Counted from the first letter of the stretch, positions 32,036-42,438 are shown. The stretch is DNA of 64,000 bases from Candidatus Spongiisociaceae bacterium (GCA_965262915.1 OZ253564.1:1824001-1888000), one strand, 5' to 3'. The notes: generated from the sequence alone by a model not told the origin. A program made the numbers and translations.

Positions 32036-34099
32036 CTACGGTGAGGTGGTTACCAGGGCGTCGACCGCCCAGACCGAGCCGGTCGTGACGATCAGCGGGT
32101 TGATCTCGATCTCCAACAGTTCGGGATGGTCGGTCATCAGGGTGATGAGCCGGTGGACCAGGCTATTGAGCGTGTTCAGGATGGCACGGGGTCCACCCCG
32201 GATTTCGAGGAGTCTCCCGCCGATGCGCAGGCGGCCGACAGCCTGATGAAGAACCGGGGTGAGGGCGGGGAGCAGGATGGTGGCCGTGTCGGCGAGGAGT
32301 TCCACCAACTCGCCGCCGGCGCCTACCGTGAGCACCAGCCCGATCGGAACCTCCCGCCGGACCGACACCAGCAACTCGGCTACCGCCCCGGTTACCTCCT
32401 GCTCGACGAGGACGGGCCGTCCTTGGTCGCCGAGTTCCCTGAGTGCCGATCTCAACTCGTCCGGGGTCCGGATGCCGGTTACCACGCCGCCCACTTTGGC
32501 CTTGTGGTCGGGACCCACCGTCTTGGCAACCAGCGGGAAACCGAGACCCATCGACTCCTCGAACGCCGCGGCCGGGCTCCGGCTGCTCAGCACCACACCG
32601 TCGGGCACGTCTATCCCGGCTTCCCGAAGCAGGGCCTTCGCCGAGGGTTCGTCGAGCGTGGAGTCTGGCTCGCCGGACCGTGGGGACGGTGGTCCACCCG
32701 GCGGCAGATGCAGCGGCGGCGCCTCAGCGTCGAACCACCGGCCGGTGGCCGCGAGGGCCGCCAGGCCGCTGAGGGCCTCGTCGATCGAGTAGGCAACGCC
32801 CAGGCCTCGCTCGGCGAGATGGTCCCGGATCCGGGCGGGGAGGTTCTCCGCCAGACCGGCCACGACCAGCCCCGGTTTGCGGACCGCGGTGGCGGCAGCC
32901 TCGAAGGCGCGGAGAGTGGGCCACCAGGTGGTGTCGTCGTTGTCGCCCGAGGGCCAGTCGAGCACCAGCATGGCGGCGTCGAACGGTCCGGTCAGCACCT
33001 CCGTGAAGCACCGCGAGAGCGCCGCGGCGTCTCCCCAGATGAACGTGTGGTAGTCGAGAGGGTTGGTGATCGCCACTAGCTCGGACAGGGTCGCCCCCAC
33101 CCGCGCTCGGTGCTCCGCGAGGAACGGCTCGAACACGACCGGATGGTGGACCGCCCGATCCGCCACCAGGGCCGCCTCGCCGCCCGAGCACGACAGCGAC
33201 ACGAGCCGATTGCCGGGTAGGGGACCGACCGTCGCGAGGAGACCGAGCGTGGTGGTGAACTCGGGCAGCGAATTCACCATCACCACCCCGTAACGCTCGA
33301 AGAGCGCGTCGTACGAAGCAGCGGGCGCGGCCAGCGCCGCAGTATGCGACGCGGTGATCCTCCCCGCCCGGGCGGTGCGTCCGGTCTTGAGCACCACCAC
33401 CGGGGTTCTGCTCTCGTGGCAGGCGAGGGCGGCCCGGCCGAAGGCGAGAGGTTCCATGATGGACTCCAGATAGAGTCCTACCGAGGTCACCCGGGCGCAG
33501 TCGGCGAAGGCTAAGAGGCACTGCTCGGCCGTAACGGAGGCCTGGTTGCCGAGCGAGATCACGTGGCTGAAACCCACGCCCCGGCTGTTCATGGTGAGGT
33601 TCAGGGCGATGTTGCCGGACTGGCTGATCAGCGCCGGTCCCGAGTCCACCCTCCGGCAACCGTGGATATCCGGCCACAGGACCGCGCCGGTCACCGCGTT
33701 GATCGTTCCGTAACAGTTGGGGCCCACCAGCGGCATGTCGTGACCGGCGGTGAGCTGTCTCTGGAGCGCGGCGCCTTGCGAGCCTGCCTCGGCGAAGCCG
33801 GACGCGTACAGCACCGCACCCCCGCATCCCATGCCGGCCAGCTCGAGCACGATGTCCAGCGTGAGCCGGCGGTTGACGGCCACGAAGGCGGCGTCGGGTA
33901 CGCCGGGCAATCTGTCCAGGGAGCGGTAGACCCGATGCCCGGCCACAGAGCGCCGGCTCGGGTGAACCGGCCAGACCGGGCCTTCGAAGCCGAGCCGGTC
34001 GGATTGCCGGATGGCTTGTTCGGCCGCATCGCCCCCTATCGCGGCGATCGAGCCGGGTTCGAGAAGGCGGCTAAGGCTACGGTCGGCTGCCATGTTCAT
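32036..34099 (-). CDS. NDP-forming acyl-CoA synthetase (acetate--CoA ligase family); probable butyrobetaine-CoA ligase
   Basis: ASGFAE, GPNCYG, SQSG, SLGNQA, SHTA, NPLDYHT, ATP-grasp EIEINPL; ATGA overlap with upstream gene. Confidence 0.85.
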   Translation of the reverse strand: MNMAADRSLSRLLEPGSIAAIGGDAAEQAIRQSDRLGFEGPVWPVHPSRRSVAGHRVYRSLDRLPGVPDAAFVAVNRRLTLDIVLELAGMGCGGAVLYASGFAEAGSQGAALQRQLTAGHDMPLVGPNCYGTINAVTGAVLWPDIHGCRRVDSGPALISQSGNIALNLTMNSRGVGFSHVISLGNQASVTAEQCLLAFADCARVTSVGLYLESIMEPLAFGRAALACHESRTPVVVLKTGRTARAGRITASHTAALAAPAASYDALFERYGVVMVNSLPEFTTTLGLLATVGPLPGNRLVSLSCSGGEAALVADRAVHHPVVFEPFLAEHRARVGATLSELVAITNPLDYHTFIWGDAAALSRCFTEVLTGPFDAAMLVLDWPSGDNDDTTWWPTLRAFEAAATAVRKPGLVVAGLAENLPARIRDHLAERGLGVAYSIDEALSGLAALAATGRWFDAEAPPLHLPPGGPPSPRSGEPDSTLDEPSAKALLREAGIDVPDGVVLSSRSPAAAFEESMGLGFPLVAKTVGPDHKAKVGGVVTGIRTPDELRSALRELGDQGRPVLVEQEVTGAVAELLVSVRREVPIGLVLTVGAGGELVELLADTATILLPALTPVLHQAVGRLRIGGRLLEIRGGPRAILNTLNSLVHRLITLMTDHPELLEIEINPLIVTTGSVWAVDALVTTSP

Positions 34100-35256
34100 C
34101 CGCCGAGGGGTCGGAGTATCGACCGGGAGATGATGTGGCGCTGGATCTCGGAGGTGCCGTCCCAGATGCGGTCCACCCTGGTGTCGCGCCAGAGCCTCTC
34201 GAGCGGTAGCTCGTCCATCAGGCCCATCCCGCCGAAGATCTGGATGGCCTCGTCGGTGACGAACTGGCACATCTCGCTGGCGTACACCTTCGCCATCGCC
34301 GCGTCGACATCGGTCATCGTGCCCCGCCCCTCCTTCCAGGCTGCCCGGAGGGTGAGCAACTCGGCTGCCTCGTAGCGGGTCTGCATGTCTGCCAGCTTGA
34401 AGGACACCCCTTGGAACTTGCCGATCGGCCTCCCGAACTGGGTGCGGTCCACCGCCCATCCGGTAGCCAGCCGGATGGCGCGCCGGGCTCTACCCAGGCA
34501 GACGGCCGCGACCTGCAGCCGGGTGGATCCGAGCCATTGGTTTGCGACGGCGAACCCCTGGTGCTCCTCTCCGAGAACGGACGATTCCGGGACTCGGCAA
34601 CCATCGAAGTTCAGGATGAAGTTGTGGTAGCCCCGGTTGGATACGGCCGTGTACCCGGGACGAACCTCGAAGCCCGAGGTACCCATGTCCACGAGAAAGG
34701 CGGTGATCCTCTTGCGGGATCCCCTGGGACCGGTCTCCTCGCCGGTGGCTGCGAACAGGATCACGTAGTCGGCGAGGTCGGCGTGGCTGATGAAGTGCTT
34801 GGTGCCGCTGATGACGTATCCGTCGCCCTCCCTCACCGCGGAGCACTTCATCCCCCGCAGGTCGGAACCGGCGTCGGGTTCGCTCATCGCCAGGCACTCG
34901 ACCCGTTTCCCTTGGACGGTCGGGAGCAGGTACCGCTCGACCTGCTCGCCCTCGCACGCCCGGAGGATGTTGGACGGCCTGGCCACTATGTACTGGAGGG
35001 CGTAGGAGGCTGCGCCGAGCTCCCGCTCAACGAGCGCGAGCGTGACGGGATCCAGGCCCGCGCCCCCATACTCGACGGGCATGTTGGCGGCGTACATGCC
35101 TGCATCAATGGACCGGGATCTGATCTGCTCCACCAGCTTCGAGCGAACCCGGCCGGTGCGCTCCACCTCGCCCTCGTAGGGGAAGAGTTCCCGCTCGGTG
35201 AACTCGCGGGCCACCTCGACGATCAGTCTCTGCTCGTCGGTGAGTCCGAAGTTCAC
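34096..35256 (-). CDS. Acyl-CoA dehydrogenase; probable butyrobetainyl-CoA dehydrogenase
   Basis: MSEPDAGSD, GTKHFIS, RTQFGRPIGKFQ, QIFGGMG, RIWDGTSEIQR. Confidence 0.9.
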   Translation of the reverse strand: MNFGLTDEQRLIVEVAREFTERELFPYEGEVERTGRVRSKLVEQIRSRSIDAGMYAANMPVEYGGAGLDPVTLALVERELGAASYALQYIVARPSNILRACEGEQVERYLLPTVQGKRVECLAMSEPDAGSDLRGMKCSAVREGDGYVISGTKHFISHADLADYVILFAATGEETGPRGSRKRITAFLVDMGTSGFEVRPGYTAVSNRGYHNFILNFDGCRVPESSVLGEEHQGFAVANQWLGSTRLQVAAVCLGRARRAIRLATGWAVDRTQFGRPIGKFQGVSFKLADMQTRYEAAELLTLRAAWKEGRGTMTDVDAAMAKVYASEMCQFVTDEAIQIFGGMGLMDELPLERLWRDTRVDRIWDGTSEIQRHIISRSILRPLGG

Positions 35257-36740
35257 GATCCGCCCTTGGTTGCCATGACCCGACCGAGATGCTTGGGCGC
35301 AGGCATTTGCCTGTGTACCTCCCGGATGGCTCGGAGCGCGCGGGCCGGTAGTCCTTCTATGGGTGCCGGTCGCCCCGCACCGGTATCCATGTGGAGCAAC
35401 ATCTGCTCGGTGGCGGCGACCAAGTCGCCGTTTCCGGCATCGAACATCTCATGGTGCAGGTGGAGCCGCTTCTCGTCGAGACCCACGAGCCTGGTGGAGA
35501 AGCGCAGCGATTCGCTTGCGGTCACCTCTCGCAGGTAGTTGATGTGCGTCTCCACCGTGTAGAACGAATGCCCGGCTGCCCGGTAGGCCTCGTCGTCGCC
35601 GATATATCGGAACAGGGCGTCCGACGCCCATCCGAAGGCGGTCAGGTAGGCCGCTTCGGTCATGTGATCGTTGTAGTCGACCCACTCGGGTTCAACGTCG
35701 CAGCGGAACAGTTCCAAGGGTGCGGGAACGTCGTCGCCTTCGGACCACGTCATGGCTTCCTGGCCGAAGCGGCGGGCTTCCCGGCGGGCCAGGATCTCGC
35801 CGGCGCCGACACCCACGGAACGCAGGGATCTCATCGTGGCGATCAGGTAGTCGTCGCGCACCCGCTCCAACTCCTCCACCGACCTTCCCGCTGCCTGCTC
35901 GGCGGTTCCCGTCACCATGGCGTCGGTCAGGGACTCGGTGAGTTCGGGCGCTGCCATCCTGGTCCAGGGAAGCTCCAGGGCGGGACCGAACTGCTCCAGC
36001 ATGTGTTGCATGCCTCCGAGGCCGCCGGCCAGATGGAACGTCAGGTTGGTGCCCATCCCTACCCAGCGCAGACCGGGACCGTAGACGATGGCGTTGTCGA
36101 GTTCGCCGGTGGTGGCTACGCCGTCGTTCACCAGATGGAGGATCTCACGCCACAGCGCTTCCTGCAGCCGGTCGGACAGGTAGCCGGGAACCTCGTTTCG
36201 AACGATCAATGGATACATGTCCAGGTAGTCGTACACCTCGGCGGCCCGTTCGACGGTAGCCCGGGAGGTATGCATCCCACCGACGATCTCGCAGAGGGGG
36301 AGAAGGTAGACCGGGTTGAAAGGATGCCCGACCACCAACCGCTCGGGATTCGCGCATCCGGATGCAATCCGAGTCGGAAGCAGACCCGATGAACTCGAAG
36401 CGATTATCACGTCGGTGGGAGCGGCGGCGTCTAGCCGCTCGTGCAGGCTTACCTTGAGTTGCTCGTCCTCCGGAGCGGACTCCTGTATGAAGTCGGCGGT
36501 CCTGCAGACCTCCTCCGGGCTGTCCACGAACGCAACTCGATCGGGTCTGGCGCCCGGATAGAGGCCCAACCGCTGGACGCTCGGCCAGGCACGGCTGATC
36601 GCATTCCCCAGCCGTCTGCCGGCACCGGGTTCCGGATCCCAGGCCACCACATCGAGGGCACGGCTCAGCGCCCGGACGGTCCAGCCGGACCCGATGACTC
36701 CGGTTCCGATCACGCCGAACAGCTTCGGGGGGAAGGTCAT
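35253..36740 (-). CDS. Fused L-carnitine 3-dehydrogenase / betainyl-CoA thioesterase
   Basis: GTGVIGSGW, GHPFNPVYLLPL.E, DRLQEALWRE, GPGLRW, then hotdog domain WVDYNDHM..AY, YTVETH. Confidence 0.88.
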   Translation of the reverse strand: MTFPPKLFGVIGTGVIGSGWTVRALSRALDVVAWDPEPGAGRRLGNAISRAWPSVQRLGLYPGARPDRVAFVDSPEEVCRTADFIQESAPEDEQLKVSLHERLDAAAPTDVIIASSSSGLLPTRIASGCANPERLVVGHPFNPVYLLPLCEIVGGMHTSRATVERAAEVYDYLDMYPLIVRNEVPGYLSDRLQEALWREILHLVNDGVATTGELDNAIVYGPGLRWVGMGTNLTFHLAGGLGGMQHMLEQFGPALELPWTRMAAPELTESLTDAMVTGTAEQAAGRSVEELERVRDDYLIATMRSLRSVGVGAGEILARREARRFGQEAMTWSEGDDVPAPLELFRCDVEPEWVDYNDHMTEAAYLTAFGWASDALFRYIGDDEAYRAAGHSFYTVETHINYLREVTASESLRFSTRLVGLDEKRLHLHHEMFDAGNGDLVAATEQMLLHMDTGAGRPAPIEGLPARALRAIREVHRQMPAPKHLGRVMATKGGS

Positions 36741-36800
36741 CTCCCGGTACCTTCGATGTTGGTCGTGTCCGCGGCCGTACGGCACCGGATCACCCCGATA

Positions 36801-37730
36801 TCAGAAGCCAACGCGGTCCAGGCCTTTGAGGGCCAGTCTCTCCCTGGTCTCGGCCGGGGTTGCGGGCTCCCGGGACAGTTCGCGCAGGATGCGCACGATC
36901 TTGGCCACCTGCTCGGCGTTGGACTCGGCCAGCTTCCCCTTCCGCAGGTAGAGACCGTCCTCCAAGCCCACCCGGACGTTACCTCCCAGAGTGGCGCCCG
37001 CCGTGACGATGTCGAACTGGTAGCGACCGCCCCCGAGGATCGACCACTCCAGATCGTGACCGAACAGGCGATTGGCCACCGTCTTCATCGCGACCACGTT
37101 CTCGATCTCAGGTCCGATACCCCCGAAGGTACCCATTACGAACTGCATGAAGATAGGGGGCTGGACCAATCCTCGGTCCGCGAAATAGGCCAGCGTGTAG
37201 AGATGGCCGATGTCGTAGGCCTCGAACTCGAAGCGGCAGCCGGTCCTCTCGGCTAGCACCGTGAGCATGTACTCGATGTCGCCGAAGGTGTTCACGAACG
37301 GTTCCCACTTGGTGCTCTCGAGGTAGGGCTCCTCCCAGTCGTACTTCCAGCGGCCCTCGTAGCGGGGGATCATCTGGAAGAGCCCGTAGTTCATGGTGCC
37401 CAGGTTGCAGGTGGCGAGTTCCGGCTTGAGCACTTCGATGACCCGCAGGCGTTCCTCGATGGTCTGGCCGGTAGCTCCCCCGGTGGTGATCGAGATGACC
37501 GCGTCACACCCGGCCTTTATACCGGCGCAGTACTCCCTGAAGATGCCGGGGTCCGATACCGGGCGGCCGTCGAGGGGGTCCCGGGCATGGATGTGGATGA
37601 CGCTCGCCCCCTCCCGGGCCGCATCCACCGACTGCCCCACGTGGTCCTCGATCGTGACCGGTATGTCGCTGTTCATGGTGGGGGTGTGGGAAGAGCCGGT
37701 CACTGCACAAGTGACTATCACGCTGCCCAT
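36801..37730 (-). CDS. BKACE (DUF849) beta-keto acid cleavage enzyme; candidate dehydrocarnitine cleavage enzyme
   Basis: TCAVTG, HIHARDP, ITTGG, EFEAYD.GH, NVRVGLED, SNAEQV. Confidence 0.88.
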   Translation of the reverse strand: MGSVIVTCAVTGSSHTPTMNSDIPVTIEDHVGQSVDAAREGASVIHIHARDPLDGRPVSDPGIFREYCAGIKAGCDAVISITTGGATGQTIEERLRVIEVLKPELATCNLGTMNYGLFQMIPRYEGRWKYDWEEPYLESTKWEPFVNTFGDIEYMLTVLAERTGCRFEFEAYDIGHLYTLAYFADRGLVQPPIFMQFVMGTFGGIGPEIENVVAMKTVANRLFGHDLEWSILGGGRYQFDIVTAGATLGGNVRVGLEDGLYLRKGKLAESNAEQVAKIVRILRELSREPATPAETRERLALKGLDRVGF

Positions 37731-37810
37731 CTCTTCGCTCCTTCGTCGTCGGATCTGTCGGGAACCACCCCGTCGCCATCATCCGGTGCAGTCCCCGGAC
37801 GGTGCAGGGT

Positions 37811-37844
37811 GTTTCATTATGCGGAACGTTCTGCTATACAGAAC
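37811..37844. promoter_or_regulatory. Two tandem 17-bp IclR-type operators in the divergent promoter
   Basis: gtttca-ttatg-cggaac followed by palindrome gttctg-ctata-cagaac; overlaps a minus-strand CATAAT. Confidence 0.65.
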
Positions 37845-37925
37845 GATCATACGATAACCTGCCCCTACCGGGGCGTCAACAGGCACCCGATCCGCCGGAA
37901 GGCGAGGGTGCGGGGATGAGCAACC

Positions 37926-38687
37926 ATGAGGCGATCCTCCAACATCCAATCGGTCGAGCGGGCTTTTGCAGTCCTGCGCGCTCTGCATCCCAACGGCCAG
38001 GCCGTTTCGCTGGCGACCATCGCGAACTACACTGGCTTGCCCAAGAGCACTGCCAGCCGGCTCCTGTCAACCATGGTCGGGATCGGGGTGGTGGAGAAGG
38101 TCTCGGAAGCAGGGTACGCGGTGGGCCGCGAGTTGCGGGCGATCGCACACCCCGGGGTGGGCCCCTCCGATCTGGTCGGGATTTCAGCTACGTACCTGCG
38201 GGACCTGGTCCACGAGATAGGGGAGGATGCAGGGCTGGCCATACCCGACCGCGACCATGTTATGTACATCGACCAGGTGCAGAAGAGCCGGCCGGTACAG
38301 GTCCAGGACTGGACGGGTGAGCGGTTCGAGAACCACACCACGGCGGCCGGTTACGTATTCCTTGCCTCGTGGGACGACGAGGACCTCGATACATACCTGG
38401 CTCGTCCTCTTGCCAAGTCGAGTCCTACCACCGAGACCGACCCGGTACGGTTGCGCGAGTACATCGACATGGCCAGAAGCAACGGTTATGCCTGGACATT
38501 CGAGGCGTGGCTGGAGGGCGTGAACGGCGCCGCCGCACCGATCGTCGACGCCGCAGGTGGGGTTGTCGCGTCCATCAACCTGTACGGTCCGGCCTACCGC
38601 TTCCCGGGCGATACCGACCCGGACGCCATCGGCAAACGCCTGGTCGAGACAGCCGCCCAGATATCCCGCTATCTGGGAGCGACCTAG
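37926..38687 (+). CDS. IclR family transcriptional regulator
   Basis: QSVERAF.VL, TGLPKSTASRLL HTH, HTTAAG, GV...AAPI. Confidence 0.93.
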   Translation: MRRSSNIQSVERAFAVLRALHPNGQAVSLATIANYTGLPKSTASRLLSTMVGIGVVEKVSEAGYAVGRELRAIAHPGVGPSDLVGISATYLRDLVHEIGEDAGLAIPDRDHVMYIDQVQKSRPVQVQDWTGERFENHTTAAGYVFLASWDDEDLDTYLARPLAKSSPTTETDPVRLREYIDMARSNGYAWTFEAWLEGVNGAAAPIVDAAGGVVASINLYGPAYRFPGDTDPDAIGKRLVETAAQISRYLGAT

Positions 38688-39040
38688 CGATCGACTTCGC
38701 AAGATGAGTTGTATATTCGGGATTCGTAGTAGAGGTTGATCGTCCGCGTCGGGCCGACGTGTGGGTGATGGCCTGCCCATCGACCGGAATCCCTTCTCGA
38801 CGGCCGATACATTCGATCTTTCCGGGTTGTTGCGTTTCACCCCGCGGCCTACCCTCAGGAAAATATCTTCCCGAGGCGCATCCACCCGATGCCGTCGCCG
38901 TTGGAGGGTCTCGGCACCATCACCCAGGCCACAGACGACAGGTACCGGCCGCGCTGGACGATCTTGTGAGCATTGAGACCCTGCACCCATATGATCTGCT
39001 CACCTCGCAGGACATTGACGTGCTTCGGCACTATTCGCTC

Positions 39041-39385
39041 TCATACTCCCCGTACTTCCCGCGCGAGTACGAGGAGGCAGTCGTGGTCGGCCAGCATCCG
39101 GCGGAGCGGGGGGAGGTTCTGCAGAACGCGAACCTTCGCCTCGATCGGATCGGTTGCTTCGACGGCCACCAGAACCAAGCCCTTCTCGGAGGCGATCCTG
39201 CGTAGTTCCGGTTGCTCCAGCGAGTCCCGTTCGTAGAACAAGACACCGCGATACCCTCGGTGTGCCGCGGCGCGGATCAGAGCTGTGTCCTGCTCGTCAC
39301 CGCCGTCCCATCTGTCCAGAGTCACGCCGGCCGGAGCTTCCTCAGCCAGGCTCTGGGGCAGGACCGAGTCGTACAAGAACCGCAC
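39041..39385 (-). CDS. PIN-like domain protein (DUF5615/VapC45-like), divergent
   Basis: MRFLYD..LP..LA, D..LI..AA..GY..VL..ERD; directly downstream of a DUF433-like gene. Confidence 0.65.
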   Translation of the reverse strand: MRFLYDSVLPQSLAEEAPAGVTLDRWDGGDEQDTALIRAAAHRGYRGVLFYERDSLEQPELRRIASEKGLVLVAVEATDPIEAKVRVLQNLPPLRRMLADHDCLLVLAREVRGV

Positions 39386-39388
39386 GAT

Positions 39389-40834
39389 TCAGGGAGCCGA
39401 CAGCAGCTGGTGACCGACTCTCACGGTGTCATCGAAGGAGGCGTTCTCCAGCTCGGGGTAAGCCGACAGGATCAGCTGACGGCCGTTGCGCCGGTCCAGA
39501 CCGGCCAAGCACTTCGCACTAATACGGTGGCCTTTCAGATGAGGCGTACCGTGGAGCACGGCAGGATGTAGCCTCGTATTCTGACTCGCATTCAACAAGG
39601 GAAGGGTCTTTCCGCCGCCGTATGGGAATGGACGAAACACGTCGTCGACGTCTGTGATGTCCAAGCTGAGGGGACGTTGGCCGGTTTCCACGTTCGCCCA
39701 GCCGTCCCCGCGGTCCACGAAAACCGCCCCCTCCGACGTGACTCTGAGCTTGACGGCTTTCTCGTCACCTGCAAACCGCGACAGCGCGGGAACCACATTG
39801 CTCGAAACCCTTCGAGGCGAGACCGACCTGAGATACGACCAGGTGCGGAACGCCACCAGGTCTCGAAAGGCCCATCGGATCGCGCCGGACGAGAGCGGGG
39901 TCAGCAGTTTCTGCTGTCGCAGGTAGTCCAGCGACGACCGAGCGGTTCCTGAGAGGAAGGCTACTTCCTTGGTCTGGTAGACGCCGGCCATGAAGACATC
40001 GGGTTCCCACAGCTTTGTGGTCACCTCGACAGGGAAGTCCTTGAACCGCAGCTTCTGGGGGCCGGGCAGCGCGGCGTCGACCCGGCGGAGCAGTAAGCCG
40101 AGTCGACGCTCGTCCTCCGGGAGGGACTCCGCGATGATCTGCGCCTCGGAAAACCCCGGGTATGTGCTCAACACCCGAGTCCGGGTCTGTGGCCGGCACA
40201 CCAGGACGGTCTGGGATCCGAACCACAACGGGATGTCGGCCTCCGGCGCCAACCTACGCACCACGGCGCCAGCCTGGTCGAGACGGACGGCAAACCGCAA
40301 CGCTCGAAGCGCGTCGAAGCCTCGATCGAGCACCACGACGGGGGCGAGGGGGAACGGGATATCGTCGGTGCGGGCACCGGGCCAGCACTGCCAGTAGAGA
40401 CACTTCTCGTCGGCCGTCACGGGAACTGTGTGGGGATCGATCCGGATCAACCCGGTAAGGTCGTTACCCAGCATATCGGCGACCCGCTTTCTGAGGGACT
40501 GACCGACCGCCGGATTGCCGCACAATGTCGCCGCAGCCAGCGACAAGTCTCGGTCGTCGGTGGAACTGGCAAGGTCGGCGACCGAGCGTGCCACTTCGAA
40601 GAGGTCCAGCCGAGTCGCGATCTCAGCGGCGAAGCGCAGCCGCTCGATGTCTCCCCGCAATAAAGGTAGGACCTCGCCGATAGCTCGGGGGAGGCACTCG
40701 GCATGGGCGACCGTCAGCCCTGTGGCGAGATAGTCCATGGTCGAAGCAAGCGACCGCGAACGAGGTGCCGTGCTGCTCAAGGCGTGAAGCACCGCAGCGA
40801 ACAGACCGGGTGACGGTTGCCTCACGGTCGCCAC
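39389..40834 (-). CDS. 481-aa protein: unknown N-terminal ~280 aa plus MerR-like HTH and DUF433-like C-terminus
   Basis: YQTKEVAFLSG....LDYLR...LL.P...WAFRDLV, then HPAVLHGTPHLKGHRI...ILSAYPEL. Confidence 0.7.
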   Translation of the reverse strand: MATVRQPSPGLFAAVLHALSSTAPRSRSLASTMDYLATGLTVAHAECLPRAIGEVLPLLRGDIERLRFAAEIATRLDLFEVARSVADLASSTDDRDLSLAAATLCGNPAVGQSLRKRVADMLGNDLTGLIRIDPHTVPVTADEKCLYWQCWPGARTDDIPFPLAPVVVLDRGFDALRALRFAVRLDQAGAVVRRLAPEADIPLWFGSQTVLVCRPQTRTRVLSTYPGFSEAQIIAESLPEDERRLGLLLRRVDAALPGPQKLRFKDFPVEVTTKLWEPDVFMAGVYQTKEVAFLSGTARSSLDYLRQQKLLTPLSSGAIRWAFRDLVAFRTWSYLRSVSPRRVSSNVVPALSRFAGDEKAVKLRVTSEGAVFVDRGDGWANVETGQRPLSLDITDVDDVFRPFPYGGGKTLPLLNASQNTRLHPAVLHGTPHLKGHRISAKCLAGLDRRNGRQLILSAYPELENASFDDTVRVGHQLLSAP

Positions 40835-41424
40835 TCGATACCCCCGAGCGCAGCGGTCGGAATATCCTGGTCTATGCGCTCATCGGGCACATCTCCAGAC
40901 GACCACTGCAGTAGCCGACTCGGTATCATGTCGATCCCGCGCGGTTCACGTACCTCGAGCCCGGCGGCGCACATCCTCTCCACCGGGAAGACCATCACGA
41001 TGTAGGGCTGCTCATCGTTGATCCGCAGCCGAGTCCTCGTTCCTACGCCGTCCAGATCAGAAATCCTGAAGACGGGCACCAACCAGGAGTGATCCGGCGG
41101 TACCAGTACTGTGTCATCTCGCAGATCGTTCCATATCGCTTCTACGGGGTTACCCAGGGATTCGAGATAACGCCGGTATAGCTCGCCGGTGCGGAAAACC
41201 CCTCGTCGAGCCGGACGGAGGTGGTAGCGCCAGAACACCTGGACCGAGACACAACGGGAGTAGTCGATAGTTGGTGACACCAGGGCTAAGTCGGGAAGGA
41301 TCTCCCGACGCACTTCCTTGAGTCGCTCCCAAACGAGGTCTGGTTTGGTGGTGACCAGCGAATTCCAGGTGAGCGACCTTGCGTCTGATGTACCTGGGCA
41401 AGCGCCAATCGTCGGCCACGACAC
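40822..41424 (-). CDS. Hypothetical protein, first gene of the operon; start uncertain, possibly frameshifted from ATG 41461
   Basis: ORF overlaps the next gene's start; no confident family. Confidence 0.6.
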   Translation of the reverse strand: MSWPTIGACPGTSDARSLTWNSLVTTKPDLVWERLKEVRREILPDLALVSPTIDYSRCVSVQVFWRYHLRPARRGVFRTGELYRRYLESLGNPVEAIWNDLRDDTVLVPPDHSWLVPVFRISDLDGVGTRTRLRINDEQPYIVMVFPVERMCAAGLEVREPRGIDMIPSRLLQWSSGDVPDERIDQDIPTAALGGIEWRP

Positions 41425-41555
41425 GGATCATCTGGCGCGCCTCCGATGCTGCATCAATCATGCAGTGTGAGCGTAGTAACCACCGCTTGGTCGGAGCGGT
41501 TTCATAGCCGTCGGAAAGGAGCAGCGGCCGCCTTCCGCTGCCAGGCTGGTAGCAT

Positions 41556-41574
41556 GAACATATGTTCGATTATA
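41556..41574 (-). promoter_or_regulatory. TATAAT -10 immediately followed by a perfect SOS box
   Basis: Minus strand TATAATcGAACatatGTTC. Confidence 0.7.
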
Positions 41575-41695
41575 GTCCCCTGGGCGGGTAACAAAGCAAG
41601 ATGCAACCTATTGCCAAACCCATATAACTACTCTTTCCAGGCCGAATCTCGGGATCAGAGTTGTCACCACCTCATGTGGTTTGTCAAGGACCCAT

Positions 41696-42415
41696 TCATG
41701 GGTCTGGTCCGGCGCGGGGTTGGGTCTGGTAGCCGTGGGGAGTTCGCCGCACTATGAGGTCTTGGGTTTCGAGCCACTTGTGGTGGCGGCGGCAGACCGC
41801 GACGAGGAGGTTAGCAATGTCCGTCTGGTCTCCATCACGGTGCCATTCCTCCATGTGGTGGAGTTCGCATTGGTGTATGGGGGCACCGCATTCGAAGCAT
41901 CCACCGTCGTGGATGGCCACCGCGAGGCGTTGGGCGGCGTTGCCGAGCCGTTGGTTGCGGCCTAGCCACAGGGGCCGGCCGGTCCGGTCGAAGATCATGG
42001 CGGCCAGTTGGTGTCCGGGGTGAGGGTTTGCATGATCGGGCGGGGTACCGGTCCGACACCGATGATCTCGACGGCCCCGTCGGGATCGGTTCCGTCCACT
42101 ACACCCAAGGGGGCGGTGAGGATCAGCTGGGTGGCGGCCTTGGCCTTGATCGATACGGCTTCGGTAATGAACTGGCCGGTGACCGCATCGCGGTTGGTCA
42201 ACAGTTCGTACACCACATCCGCCAAGCGCTGTTTGGGAGTACGGACCTCATCGGGATCCCGGCTGTCGGCACCATCTCGGTGGCGTCGGTGCTTGTACCG
42301 TTGGTCAACGGCTTGGCGGAGGTGTTCGAACTGGGGCCGAGGGACCTTGGCCATCAGCACACCGAGCCCGGTTTCTTTCTCCACCCACAGCTTGGCTTCC
42401 CGGGCCCGCCGCTGA
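41696..42415 (-). pseudogene. DUF222/HNH endonuclease remnant (frameshifted, 5' truncated)
   Basis: RTPKQRLAD, LWLGRNQRL..AQRLA...DGGC..CG....CELHH..W, NL...CRRHH split over two frames. Confidence 0.8.
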
Positions 42416-42438
42416 CGTCCGAGAGGATCGACACCTCA

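Noticed and set aside
38700-39035. Gene between iclR and the PIN gene
   Set aside because: Only short ORFs without recognisable motifs or ribosome-binding sites.
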